Shown here one piece after another: positions 27,609 to 37,467 of a stretch of DNA of 64,000 nt. Location of the stretch: positions 448,001-512,000 of the forward strand of contig CAWEJX010000008.1 in the NCBI GenBank assembly GCA_963809485.1, in the 5' to 3' direction. A program made the position numbers and the translations under genes. This stretch comes from an uncultured Acidobacteriota bacterium. Its GTDB lineage: Bacteria > Acidobacteriota > UBA6911. The notes below the pieces were generated by a model. It was not told the DNA's origin, ran no database searches, and was given only the letters and a program-made list of their open reading frames with translations. Numbering within the stretch: position 1 is the first letter of the stretch; the number at the start of each line of letters is the position of its first letter.

Positions 27609-30068
27609 CTAAAGCAGGGAGAGGGGATCAACGTCGACGTGGATTCTGGAGGAGGAAACCTTGTGGCGGGCAAGATCTTCAAAGCATCCCTGGAGCAACG
27701 CCGTAGCGTTTGAATCGGAAAACCATTTCACCAATATCTGCACCCTATGGTTGCCGCGCAGTTTTTCCAGGGGCGCCGGCGCCGGACCCAGCACGCGCGG
27801 CCTCGATCCTTCCGCGCAACCGCGAAAATGTTCTTTCAAACTGCCCGCGACTTTTTCGGCTGTCCGGTTCGCCCTGGATGAGTCAGGATCCGCGATCAGT
27901 ATCTGTATCAGGTTCCGGAATGGGGGATATCCCATCAACCGCCTGAATTCTATCTCCTGGCTGTAGAACCCTGCGTAATCCTGTTTCCTGGCGAAACGCA
28001 GCGCGTAATTTTCCGGATAAAACGACTGCAAAATCACCCTGCCCGGCGCCGATCCCCTGCCTGCCCTGCCCGCAACCTGGGTCAGCAGTTGAAACGTTCG
28101 TTCCGCCGAACGGAAATCGGGAAAAGCGAGCCCGGAGTCCGCTGCAACGACACCAACCAGGGTGACGTCGGGAAAGTCATGCCCTTTGGCCAGAATCTGG
28201 GTCCCGACCAGTAGGTCCAGTTTTCGCCGGGCGAAGTCGAGCAGGGTTGTCCGTAACGCCCCGCGCCGGCGCGATATGTCCCGGTCCAGGCGCGCGATGC
28301 GCGCCGCAGGCAGCAGCGAACGAAGGATGCTTTCGAGCTGCTCCGTGCCCACGCCCGCATAGTATATGTAGGGACCGCCGCAGTTGGTGCAAAGGGACGG
28401 CACCTCCCGCTCCTGTCCGCAGTAGTGACAGGTCAGCGTGTTCTCCTGCTGATGATAGGTCATGCTGACGCTGCAGTCCGTGCAGGTATAAACGTGCCCG
28501 CAGCTGCGGCACAGCAGGGTCCGCGAATAACCCCGCCGGTTCAGCAGAACAATCGCCTGCTCGCCGCGCCGCATGCAGCTGTGCAGCTCCTCCTCCAGCG
28601 TGTGCGACAGAACGGTGTTTTTGCCGTGCCGCTGGAACTCGACGCTCATATCCACGATGGTCACCTGCGGCAAGGGCTTCGCGTCGATCCGCTCCGGCAG
28701 CGAGAAATATTTTATGTCGTTTTTTCCTACGGCCGAGTAATAGGTCTCAACCGAAGGCGTCGCCGAGCCCATCAGCAATACCCCGTTCGTCTGCTGCAGG
28801 CGGTGCCACGCCACTTCGCGAGCGTTGTAGCAGGGCGACTCGTCCTGCTTGTAGGACCCGTCCTGCTCTTCGTCGATAACGACGAGGCGCAAATTCTCCA
28901 GCGGCGCGAAAACCGCGGACCGCGTACCGACCACAACGCTCGACGCTCCTTCGCGAATCCTGCGCCACTGATCGAATCGCTCTCCCGACGACATGCCGCT
29001 GTGCAGCAGGGACACCCGGCCGGGAAAGCGGGACACGACCAGCCGGCTTAGCAGGGGCGTCAGCCCAATTTCCGGCACGAGGAACAATGCGGTCTCTTCC
29101 CGCTTCACGACCTCGGCGATCAGCCTGAGGTATATCTCGGTTTTTCCGCTTCCCGTAATCCCGTGAATCAGGCAGCGCTCCGCTCTGCGTTGCAGGATAA
29201 TTTCCAGAATTTTTTCCACCAGCTCCTTTTGGGAAGGCGTAAGCGTCAAGTGAGCGGCTGCTTCAACCTCGGCCAGATCGGCCGGCACACGATCGATCCT
29301 CGCCGGTCCAATGGCAACAAGGCCCTTCCGTTCCAGGGACCGTGCCGTACTGAGATTGGTTTGGGCAGCTCGCACAGCCTCCTGAAGCAGAATGGGATCG
29401 CGAGCGGATTCGAGAATGGATAATAGCCTTTTCTGCCCGGGAGCCAATCCTTCAAGGATTTCCGGTCCGGCGGGGAGCGCACGAATTCCAAGCTGCTCTT
29501 TTGCTTTTACCCTCGGCTGATCCGGAAGCGTTTCCACTTGAATCCAGCCGCCGGCCAGCAGGGATTCAATCCATCTGTTGGCATTGCGCATTCCGGAATG
29601 GTCCGCCAGTTCTCTGGCGGTCATGGTTGTTGCCTGCGCCAGGATATCGAGCAGTTCATTCTCCTGAGGACGCAATCCCGGCGGCCGCAGCCCGCCGCCC
29701 AGAAGCGTCGCCGCCTTTGCCGTAAGAGCAATCCTTCGGGCCCCCGTAATCTCTGTCCCCGCCGGGAACAGCGCCCTGAAGACTTCTCCGGGAGGCGCAA
29801 AATAGTAGCGCGCAACCCACAGCGCCGTATCCACCAGCGAAACGGGGATTGCGGGTTTGATATCAAGCAGCTGCCTGACGTTGCGCAGTTTCAGGCTGCC
29901 CACCTGGGACGGATCTGGAATTCCGACAACATACCCGGTCACAAGTTTGCGGCCAAAAGGAGCCAGCACGCGCATGCCTGCCGAGACCGGGCCCAGCTCC
30001 CGCGGCACATTATAAGTAAAGGTCTTGCGCACTCCGACCGGCACAGCTACATCGACAATGGTGGACAT
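27609..30068 (-). CDS. priA: Primosomal protein N' (replication restart helicase)
   Basis: GITGSGKTE, DEEQD, SATPS, two CxxC pairs, KGHDFP. Confidence 0.97.
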   Translation of the reverse strand: MSTIVDVAVPVGVRKTFTYNVPRELGPVSAGMRVLAPFGRKLVTGYVVGIPDPSQVGSLKLRNVRQLLDIKPAIPVSLVDTALWVARYYFAPPGEVFRALFPAGTEITGARRIALTAKAATLLGGGLRPPGLRPQENELLDILAQATTMTARELADHSGMRNANRWIESLLAGGWIQVETLPDQPRVKAKEQLGIRALPAGPEILEGLAPGQKRLLSILESARDPILLQEAVRAAQTNLSTARSLERKGLVAIGPARIDRVPADLAEVEAAAHLTLTPSQKELVEKILEIILQRRAERCLIHGITGSGKTEIYLRLIAEVVKREETALFLVPEIGLTPLLSRLVVSRFPGRVSLLHSGMSSGERFDQWRRIREGASSVVVGTRSAVFAPLENLRLVVIDEEQDGSYKQDESPCYNAREVAWHRLQQTNGVLLMGSATPSVETYYSAVGKNDIKYFSLPERIDAKPLPQVTIVDMSVEFQRHGKNTVLSHTLEEELHSCMRRGEQAIVLLNRRGYSRTLLCRSCGHVYTCTDCSVSMTYHQQENTLTCHYCGQEREVPSLCTNCGGPYIYYAGVGTEQLESILRSLLPAARIARLDRDISRRRGALRTTLLDFARRKLDLLVGTQILAKGHDFPDVTLVGVVAADSGLAFPDFRSAERTFQLLTQVAGRAGRGSAPGRVILQSFYPENYALRFARKQDYAGFYSQEIEFRRLMGYPPFRNLIQILIADPDSSRANRTAEKVAGSLKEHFRGCAEGSRPRVLGPAPAPLEKLRGNHRVQILVKWFSDSNATALLQGCFEDLARHKVSSSRIHVDVDPLSLL

Positions 30069-30073
30069 AGGAA

Positions 30074-30146
30074 TTTACAATTGACGATTGACGATTGGAA
30101 ACAAACCGTGGAGGATTTTCAATTGTCAATCGTCAATTGTCAGTTG
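30074..30146. repeat. 7-mer repeat hairpin (unit ATTGACG/CGTCAAT)
   Basis: caattgacgattgacgattgga-loop-tcaattgtcaatcgtcaattgtca. Confidence 0.85.
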
Positions 30147-30148
30147 AG

Positions 30149-30973
30149 TCAGGGTTTGTTCCGGGTCCGCAGGGAAAGCAAATAGTCGCGGACGATCTGC
30201 ACGTCCTCCCAGACTTTGCGCTTTTCGTTTGGATTTCTCAACAGATAGGCGGGATGGAAGGTTGCCATCAGTTTGATGCCCCTGTAATCCAACAGCCGCC
30301 CGCGGAGCCTGCCGATAGGTTCTTTCGTGCGCAGGAGCGTTTGAGACCCGAATAATCCCAGGGCGCAAATCACCTTCGGTTTCACCGCAGCAATCTGACG
30401 AAACAGGAAGGGCTCGCACGCCCCGATCTCGTCCAGCTCGGGATTGCGGTTTTCGGGAGGACGGCATTTGAGAATATTACAGATATAGACTTCCTCCCTG
30501 CTCATTCCCATTGCCTCGATGATCCGGGTGAGCAAATGTCCCGCTCTGCCGACAAACGGCAGGCCCTGCTCGTCTTCATCCGCTCCCGGTGCTTCCCCGA
30601 CAAACATGAGCTCCGCATGCGGATTTCCGGATCCGAAAACGATGTTCTGGCGGGTCGGGCAAAGCTTGCAGCGGCGGCAATCGTTCAGATCGGCTCGTAT
30701 GGCCTCCAGCGATTCCTCCGCCGTTGAAATTGAATCCACCACGGAAATGCCCGCCATCGTTTTTTGCGTGGCGGCCGGCATCGCCGGTTTTCGCGCAGGC
30801 ACCGGGGGGATAGCGGTTTGGGGAACAGGCGCAACCGAGGCCGAGGGCGTGACAGGCTTGCCTGCTGCCGGCCGCTTCCTCGGTTCCTGCTTCCCAACCC
30901 ATTGAACGCCCAGGCTACGGTAAAGCTTGAGATGGCCCAGGATCTGTTCCTCGAGTTGACTCTTATGGCTCAT
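30149..30973 (-). CDS. Family 4 uracil-DNA glycosylase ([4Fe-4S])
   Basis: CRRCKLC, GEAPG, KCRPPENR, FHPAYLLR. Confidence 0.93.
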   Translation of the reverse strand: MSHKSQLEEQILGHLKLYRSLGVQWVGKQEPRKRPAAGKPVTPSASVAPVPQTAIPPVPARKPAMPAATQKTMAGISVVDSISTAEESLEAIRADLNDCRRCKLCPTRQNIVFGSGNPHAELMFVGEAPGADEDEQGLPFVGRAGHLLTRIIEAMGMSREEVYICNILKCRPPENRNPELDEIGACEPFLFRQIAAVKPKVICALGLFGSQTLLRTKEPIGRLRGRLLDYRGIKLMATFHPAYLLRNPNEKRKVWEDVQIVRDYLLSLRTRNKP

Positions 30974-31861
30974 GTACCTAGCTCCAGCTCATCGAGTATG
31001 GCATCGTTGTTGCGCCAGTTCGGGGCTGTGCGGACCTGGAGCCCAAGATATACCTTGCAATCCAGCAATTGCTCCAGTTCCTGCCTGCGCGGCAATCCCC
31101 AGGTCGCGCAGCTGAGAGGCGCCGGCGCCCACGACGATACCCTGCTGGGATTTTTTTTCAACCAGTATGTCCGCCTCGATAACAACCAGTTTGTTTTCGT
31201 CCCTGCGGCTTTCGTCGAACTTCCTGATAAGCACTGCCGAGGTGTACGGCATCTCTTCGCGCATGCGCTCCAGAAGCTTTTCCCGTATAAATTCGGCCGC
31301 CAGAAATCTCTCACTGCGGTCGGTGATCAGCTCCGACTCGTAAAGCGGCTCTCCCTCGGGCAGGTATTCAAAAATCCGGTTGCGCAGCAACTGCAGGTTA
31401 TCACCGGTCCGGGCAGAGATGGGGATGATCTCCAGGAAATTGCACGCGTCCCCGTACCGCTGCATGATGGGAAGCAACCGTGATTTCACAATCGCATCTA
31501 TTTTGTTGAGCAACAGCAGCGCCGGCGTTCCGGCTTTCTTCACAGTCTCCAGCACAAAGCTTTCGCCGTGCCCGAATGATATCGAAGCATCCACAACCAG
31601 AAGCGCCAGGTCGACGCATCTCAGCCCGTCATACACCGTGTGCAGCATGCGCCGGTTCATCCCGTAAGCCGGCTTGTGGATTCCCGGCGTGTCCATGAAA
31701 ACTATTTGCCCGCGCTCCTCGGTCACGATCCCGAGGATCCGGTGACGGGTTGTCTGAGGCTTTTCGGAGACGATCGATATTTTCTGCCCCACGAATGCAT
31801 TCAAAAGCGTGGATTTGCCCGAATTGGGGCGCCCGATGATGACAACAGTGCCGCTTTTCAT
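30970..31861 (-). CDS. era: GTPase Era, +1 frameshift at ~31088
   Basis: GRPNSGKS, QTTR, DTPG, NKID. The KH-domain end (RQELEQLLDCKVYLGLQV...WR) is in a second frame. Confidence 0.93.
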
Positions 31862-31864
31862 ATC

Positions 31865-31982
31865 AAAAGGTGGAAAGTGGAAGGTGGAACGTGAAACGTG
31901 GAACGTGAGAAATGGAAAGTGGATTTACACTCTCCACTTTGCACTTTTCACTTTCCACCTTCCACATTTCACTTTCCACTTT
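31865..31982. repeat. 7-mer repeat hairpin (unit AAAGTGG/CCACTTT)
   Basis: About 8 units on each arm with a short loop; overlaps the last codons of coaBC. Confidence 0.9.
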
Positions 31983-33192
31983 TCGAGTGCACGGGCTTGT
32001 TTGCATTCTGCTTTTTGAGCGCCAGGGCCATATCCAGGATTTTGCCGGCGATGGCTCGCTTGGACTGATCACTGAGCGTCACTGCTTCACCGGACCGGCT
32101 CAAAATGTGGACCGTGGACATATCCGATCCGAAAACACCCGCCGAGACGTCATTGGCCACCAGCAGATCCAGGTTCTTGCGTTCCAGCTTTCTTTTGGCT
32201 GAATCAAGCAGGCGCTCGGTTTCCGCGGCAAATCCAATCAGGACCTGATTCTTCTTTTTCATCCCGAGCTGCGCCAGTATGTCCTCAGTCCGGGTAAGAC
32301 GAAGCATTAGATCGTCGCCGCTTTTTTTGATCTTCTGCGGGGCAGCTGCTTCAGGACGGTAGTCCGCGACGGCGGCGGCCTTTATAACGATGTCCACCTT
32401 GGGGAAGATCCGCATCACCGCATCCTTCATATCCGCCGCAGACCGGACCTGTACCGTGCACGCGCCCGCAGGAGGCGTCAAGGCAGTCGGACCTGAAACC
32501 AGGTAAACCTCCGCTCCCCTGTGCAGCGCAGACTCGGCTACCGCATATCCCATCTTTCCCGAGCTGCGGTTCGACAGAAACCTTACCGGATCGATATCCT
32601 CAACAGTCGGCCCTGCTGTAACCAGCACCTTCAGGCCTGCAAGGGATTTATCTCCTTCGAGCAGATCGAGAATGCGCCTGACGATCACATCTACGGACGC
32701 CAGCTTGCCATCCCCCTCCATTCCGCAGGCCAGAACACCGGGTTCCGGGTCGACAAAGTAATGACCCCTTGCCTTCAGGATTTCGACATTGGCCTGCACC
32801 GCCGGGTGATGCCACATCTCAACATTCATGGCCGGAGCGATCAGCACCGGCGACGGAGTGGAAAGGTAAAGCGTGGAGAGGAAATCGTCGGCGACGCCGT
32901 GCGCGAATTTGCCGAGTATGTTCGCGGTCGCAGGCACTACCGCCAGCATCTGTATCGATTGGGCTACACTGATATGATGGATGTCGCGGTTTTGTCCCGG
33001 CTGAAACATATCCGTAATGACGTTCTGAGTGGATAGGGACTCGAAGGTCAGAGGCGTGACAAATTCGGCGGCAGACCGCGTCAGCACAACCTGCACCGAT
33101 ACTCCGGCCTTCTGCAGACCCCGCATCACCTCGATAGACTTGTAAGCGGCAATACAACCCGTAACACCCAGCGCGATTTTCACGGCGTTCAT
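31969..33192 (-). CDS. coaBC: Bifunctional phosphopantothenoylcysteine decarboxylase/synthetase
   Basis: GCIAAYK, PAMNVEM, TAGPTVEDIDPVR, SSGKMG, GFAAET. Confidence 0.97.
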   Translation of the reverse strand: MNAVKIALGVTGCIAAYKSIEVMRGLQKAGVSVQVVLTRSAAEFVTPLTFESLSTQNVITDMFQPGQNRDIHHISVAQSIQMLAVVPATANILGKFAHGVADDFLSTLYLSTPSPVLIAPAMNVEMWHHPAVQANVEILKARGHYFVDPEPGVLACGMEGDGKLASVDVIVRRILDLLEGDKSLAGLKVLVTAGPTVEDIDPVRFLSNRSSGKMGYAVAESALHRGAEVYLVSGPTALTPPAGACTVQVRSAADMKDAVMRIFPKVDIVIKAAAVADYRPEAAAPQKIKKSGDDLMLRLTRTEDILAQLGMKKKNQVLIGFAAETERLLDSAKRKLERKNLDLLVANDVSAGVFGSDMSTVHILSRSGEAVTLSDQSKRAIAGKILDMALALKKQNANKPVHSKSGK

Positions 33193-33193
33193 C

Positions 33194-33397
33194 CTAAGTC
33201 TGGCTCGGCGGCTCGACCGGCGGCGGCATCTCGAAGCTTATCAGGTCAGCCTCCAGTTCCTTCATCGCGATGAACGCCGGCTTCGTGGATTTGGTTTTTA
33301 TTTTGGGCTTCGCGTTGTTCTGCAGCTGCTTCGCCCGCTCTGCCGCGAGAATGATGAAGCGATACTTGGACCCTATTTTTTCAGGGATTTTCTGCAT
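33194..33397 (-). CDS. rpoZ: RNA polymerase omega subunit
   Basis: SKYRFIILAAERAKQL; gmk-rpoZ-coaBC synteny. Confidence 0.9.
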   Translation of the reverse strand: MQKIPEKIGSKYRFIILAAERAKQLQNNAKPKIKTKSTKPAFIAMKELEADLISFEMPPPVEPPSQT

Positions 33398-34025
33398 CCA
33401 TTCCTCCAAACGTAGCTAATACCGACCCGGCGGACTCCATCCTGGCCGCTGTCCGGCAGCGGGCGCTCAGAATGATGAAACCGAGCTCCTTCACGGAGGC
33501 GCCGAGGTCTTCGTTGATGATCAGATAATCGTAATCCTTATAATGGCTGATTTCCTGGCAGGCCTTTTTAAGTCTCTGCTCGATCACGAAACCGGCGTCG
33601 AGGCTCCTGCGCTGGAGCCTTTCGCGGAGCACCTGAAACGAGGGCGGCATGATGAATATCGCCACTGCGTCCTGGCGCTTCCGGCGGATTATTTGCGCGC
33701 CCTGTACGTCGATATCCAGGAGCACATCGTCGCCTGCCTTCAGGATGTTGTCCACAAAGCTCCGGGATGTCCCGTAATAGTTGTCGTGGACCTCCGCCCA
33801 CTCCAGCAGCTCGTCCCCGCGAATCAGGGACTGGAATTCCTGGCTGCTGATGAAGAAATATTCCACACCGTGACGCTCGTCACCACGCGGCACCCGCGTG
33901 GTATAGGATACGGAAAATTTCAAACGGGGCACCGATTGCAGGACCCCTCCCGCCAAAGCGGACTTCCCGGCGCCGGAGGGCCCGGAAACAATAATCAGGT
34001 TGCCTCTGCCGTTCCTGTTACTCAA
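33381..34025 (-). CDS. gmk: Guanylate kinase
   Basis: SGPSGAGKS, SYTTR, YYGT, DIDVQG. Probable TTG start overlapping the yicC end. Confidence 0.95.
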   Translation of the reverse strand: MSNRNGRGNLIIVSGPSGAGKSALAGGVLQSVPRLKFSVSYTTRVPRGDERHGVEYFFISSQEFQSLIRGDELLEWAEVHDNYYGTSRSFVDNILKAGDDVLLDIDVQGAQIIRRKRQDAVAIFIMPPSFQVLRERLQRRSLDAGFVIEQRLKKACQEISHYKDYDYLIINEDLGASVKELGFIILSARCRTAARMESAGSVLATFGGMDAENP

Positions 34026-34896
34026 CGTTCTGAACCTGTTCGCGAAGCTTCTCGATATCCGTCTTGATGGCAAGCGCGTGGCGCGAAATATCCAGGTTGC
34101 CCGATTTTGACAGTATGGTATTGGCCTCGCGCTGCAGCTCCTGCAGGAGGAAATCCAGTTTCTTGCCCGCTTTTTCCTTCGCGTCCACCAACTCTCGATA
34201 CTGCTCAATATGGCTTTCCAGCCGGGCGATTTCTTCCGAGATATCGGATTTGTCCGCGATTAGAGCGGCTTCCTGGGCCAGCCGCTGAGGATCGATGCCG
34301 CCCTGGGGTAAAAGCTGTGAGAGCCTTTCCCGGAGTTTGAGCAGATACTCGCCGGCCAGGTTTACACTCAGCTCGCGAATGTGCCGGGCGCTTTCCTCGA
34401 TGCGTCCGAGGTTGCTCAACATGTCCGCACGCAGAGCGTCCCCTTCCTGCCGCCGCATCTGCAAAACGCCGTCGAGCGCTGTGCGCACGCTCCGGTTCAT
34501 CAGCTCGGACAGGGTGCCCGCAGTCTCAGGCTGAACCACCTCCCGGTTCTGAATGACGCCCGGCAGACTGAGGACCGTCTTCAAATCCGGCGTTTCCTGA
34601 AGGTTGAACTCTTCCTTCAGCTTTGCCGCCGCTTCCAGATAGCCTTTGACAAGGCCGGAATTGACCAGGAACGCCGAGGAGCCGGCGCTTTGAATAGTTG
34701 CGTTGACTTCAACCCGCCCGCGGTCAAGGGCGCTTCGAATCAGCGGCTGGATCTCCGCTTCCAGGAACAGGTATTCCCTGGAAAGACGGACATGGAGATC
34801 CAGAAAACGGTGATTTACAGTCCTGATTTCCACAGATACAGAGGTATCCTCTTTCTGAGCGGCGCCCGTTCCATACCCCGTCATGCTCAGAATCAT
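34018..34896 (-). CDS. yicC: YicC/YloC-family endoribonuclease
   Basis: SMTGYG, VNHRFLD, KLDFLLQE..REANT..SK, REQVQNVE. Confidence 0.95.
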   Translation of the reverse strand: MILSMTGYGTGAAQKEDTSVSVEIRTVNHRFLDLHVRLSREYLFLEAEIQPLIRSALDRGRVEVNATIQSAGSSAFLVNSGLVKGYLEAAAKLKEEFNLQETPDLKTVLSLPGVIQNREVVQPETAGTLSELMNRSVRTALDGVLQMRRQEGDALRADMLSNLGRIEESARHIRELSVNLAGEYLLKLRERLSQLLPQGGIDPQRLAQEAALIADKSDISEEIARLESHIEQYRELVDAKEKAGKKLDFLLQELQREANTILSKSGNLDISRHALAIKTDIEKLREQVQNVE

Positions 34897-35002
34897 TCCT
34901 CGCTCCGTTGCAATACCTAAAACTTATTATTATATTGTCTTCAGAACGGTTCGTCAAGGCTTAACCTTTGATATTCCATATCTTATGGTCTTGGGGAGGC
35001 TG

Positions 35003-35204
35003 TAAGGATTTAAGGATCAGAGGATCAGAGGATCAGAGGATCAGAGGATCAAAGGGAAAAAACACAACCAAATTGCCGATGGGGGTCTATTTAGGTAATT
35101 GCGTCTCCTGTCTCTACCCTCTAATCCTTTGTTCCTTGAATCCTCTATTCCCTGAACCCCTTTGATCCTTTGATCCTTTGATCCTTGACTCCTTTGATCC
35201 TTCT
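35003..35204. repeat. 8-mer repeat hairpin (unit AGGATCAG/AGGATCAA versus CCTTTGAT)
   Basis: (aggatcag)x4 on the left arm and (cctttgat)x3+ on the right arm. Confidence 0.9.
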
Positions 35205-35235
35205 ACCCCCCCAACCTTCATCGCCACATACACTA

Positions 35236-37071
35236 TCACTCCCGATTCCCCTGACCCTCCGTAGAGGACTCCTCAGTTTGAAGTCGGAAAAAGCGGCGGT
35301 AGGGGCCATCGTTCGCCATAAGGCTATCGTGGCTCCCGGACTCCACGATTCTGCCCCGGTCAAGCACGAGGATCAGATCGGCGTTGCGTATGGTGGACAG
35401 GCGATGCGCGATTACGAACGTCGTGCGGTCTCGTATAAGATTGGTCAGAGCCTGCTGAACGAGTTTCTCGGATTCCGAATCCAGCGCCGAAGTCGCTTCG
35501 TCCAAAATCAGGATCGGCGCATTTTTAAGAAGGGCGCGCGCGATCGAGATGCGCTGCCGTTCGCCGCCGGAAAGCCTTTGGCCCCTCTCGCCGATCAAGG
35601 TGTCGTACTTCATTGGAAAGCCATTGATGAAATCATCCGCCAGGGCGGCGCGCGCTGCCGCGAAAATATTCTCCTCCGGCGCGTTCACATCCCCGTAAGC
35701 GATGTTGTTCCGAACCGTATCATTGAACAGAAAGGTCTCCTGCGTCACGATGGCGATCTGTTTCCGCAGAGAACTCTGCGTGTATTCGCGGATATCGGTG
35801 CCGTCGATGCGCACAGTACCGGCGGTAGGGTCATAAAAGCGCGGTAATAACCCGACCAGCGTGGTTTTACCCGATCCGCTGCTGCCCACGATCGCAATCA
35901 CCTGGTTCCGTTTGACCTCGAGATGAATGTCTCTCAGGACTTGAGTGGCGCCATTCTGGTCGACGTAATCGAAGGAAACGTTTTGAAATTGGATCGAGCC
36001 GCGAAATCCGTCCAGAGCCCGGGCATCACCCCGGTCCTGGATTTCCTTGTGCGTATCCAGCAATTCCACTATCCGGGACGCTGAAGCAAGAGCCCGTTGT
36101 ATCTGAACATGTATCCGGCTCAGTTTCCGGATCGGGTCGTACATGCGAAAGAGAGCAAACAGCGATCCCCCGAACATCCCCAGCGTCAGGGTCCCTTCCG
36201 CGATGCGCGTGTGGGCATAATACAAAAGCGGAATGAACGCCACCACGCCCAGCAGTTCCATGACAGGGGAATTGACAAAAAGAATGGCGGCGGCTTTCAT
36301 ATTGCTTCGAAACAGCTTGGCTGCGGTTTTCCGGAATCCGTTTTCCTCGTGCTGTTCCATGCCGAACGCCTTGATGATGCGCATTCCCGTAATCGACTGC
36401 TGGAGCTGGTCGTTCAGATCGGCGGCGTCCTCGCGGCCTTTCCGGCTGACGTGCCGTATGCGTTTGCCCATGCCGAGAGTCAACAGGAGAGCCAATGGCG
36501 CGATGAGCAGGGACAGCAGCGCCAGCTTCCAGTCGATGCAGAAGACCAGGATAATCAGGGAAGCCAGCAGAACGGTCTCCCGGAACAATTCCGCCAGGAT
36601 GGTTGAAACCGCCTCCTGAACCTGCTCGACATCGCCGCTCATCCTGGACATGAGACGGCCGGTCGAGTTCAGGGAGAAAAAACCCATGGATTGGCCCAGG
36701 ACGTGGTGGAAAAGCTCATTCCGCAGATCCATCACGACGCTTTGGCCGACATGGCTCATGGAATAATTGGAGTAATACAGGCATACGCCCTTGAGGAGGG
36801 TCAGAATCAGGAGCGCAAGCGAAAGCTGGGTAATCACGCTGCCGGGCATCAGCGAGAGAATAAGCGAGACATACCTTTCAACGAAACTCAGCCTCTGGCC
36901 GGCCGGGCCGGCTTCAATCGATCCTGTGGCAAGAACCTTATCAAAAAGCGGGATTGACAGGGTTGTAGTAGTGGATTCAAAAATGCCGACAAAAAGAAGG
37001 AGCAGCAGAGAAAGAGCCAGTCCGCCCCGGTGAGGCCGTATGAAAGGAAAGAGTCTTCGAAAATCGGTCAT
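35236..37071 (-). CDS. msbA: MsbA-like lipid A/ABC exporter (TMD + NBD)
   Basis: 6 TM helices, GSSGSGKT, LSGGERQR, DEATSALD. Confidence 0.85.
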   Translation of the reverse strand: MTDFRRLFPFIRPHRGGLALSLLLLLFVGIFESTTTTLSIPLFDKVLATGSIEAGPAGQRLSFVERYVSLILSLMPGSVITQLSLALLILTLLKGVCLYYSNYSMSHVGQSVVMDLRNELFHHVLGQSMGFFSLNSTGRLMSRMSGDVEQVQEAVSTILAELFRETVLLASLIILVFCIDWKLALLSLLIAPLALLLTLGMGKRIRHVSRKGREDAADLNDQLQQSITGMRIIKAFGMEQHEENGFRKTAAKLFRSNMKAAAILFVNSPVMELLGVVAFIPLLYYAHTRIAEGTLTLGMFGGSLFALFRMYDPIRKLSRIHVQIQRALASASRIVELLDTHKEIQDRGDARALDGFRGSIQFQNVSFDYVDQNGATQVLRDIHLEVKRNQVIAIVGSSGSGKTTLVGLLPRFYDPTAGTVRIDGTDIREYTQSSLRKQIAIVTQETFLFNDTVRNNIAYGDVNAPEENIFAAARAALADDFINGFPMKYDTLIGERGQRLSGGERQRISIARALLKNAPILILDEATSALDSESEKLVQQALTNLIRDRTTFVIAHRLSTIRNADLILVLDRGRIVESGSHDSLMANDGPYRRFFRLQTEESSTEGQGNRE

Positions 37072-37142
37072 GGAACCGCCAGCTCCGCACCCCGAATTAG
37101 CTTCTACCGCGATCCAGAGACTAGCATGCCCCTAACAAAGCT

Positions 37143-37229
37143 GCCACGAATTTCACGAATTGCTGCTTTGTTTTTCATTCGTGGAATTCGTGGCCTTTGT
37201 TTGATATCGAATTTCGAATCTCGAATCTT
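37143..37229. repeat. 9-mer-unit palindrome plus a TCGAATY 7-mer tract abutting MITE-A
   Basis: gccacgaatttcacgaat...attcgtggaattcgtggc; tcgaatttcgaatctcgaatc. Confidence 0.75.
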
Positions 37230-37466
37230 GTCAGGTACCTCCGGCAAAGCCGGAGGCTTGAAAGATTGGAACCGCTCAAAGCGGTTGGAGGAGTTACGCC
37301 GGTCTTGAACGCTGACTTACGCGGGCAAAAGCCGATGCGGCGCTTCCGACCCTCGCCGAACAAATCGGCGTTTGTCAGCGCTTTTATCAGCGTTTCTCAG
37401 CGTTTCAAAATACGGAGCTGTCAAACTCTTTGAGTCTCCCGGCAGAGCCGGGGGTTTACCAATGCA
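37230..37466 (-). mobile_element. MITE-A copy, inserted at the TAA(T) stop of the upstream gene
   Basis: Best-conserved ends; the target TAAT (37467-37470) includes the stop codon. Confidence 0.88.
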
Positions 37467-37467
37467 A

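Noticed and set aside
37230-37300. MITE-A right end as a TnpB/IscB omegaRNA
   Set aside because: No tnpB/iscB in the window, and the ends look like those of tnpA-only elements; cannot be supported without a covariance-model search.
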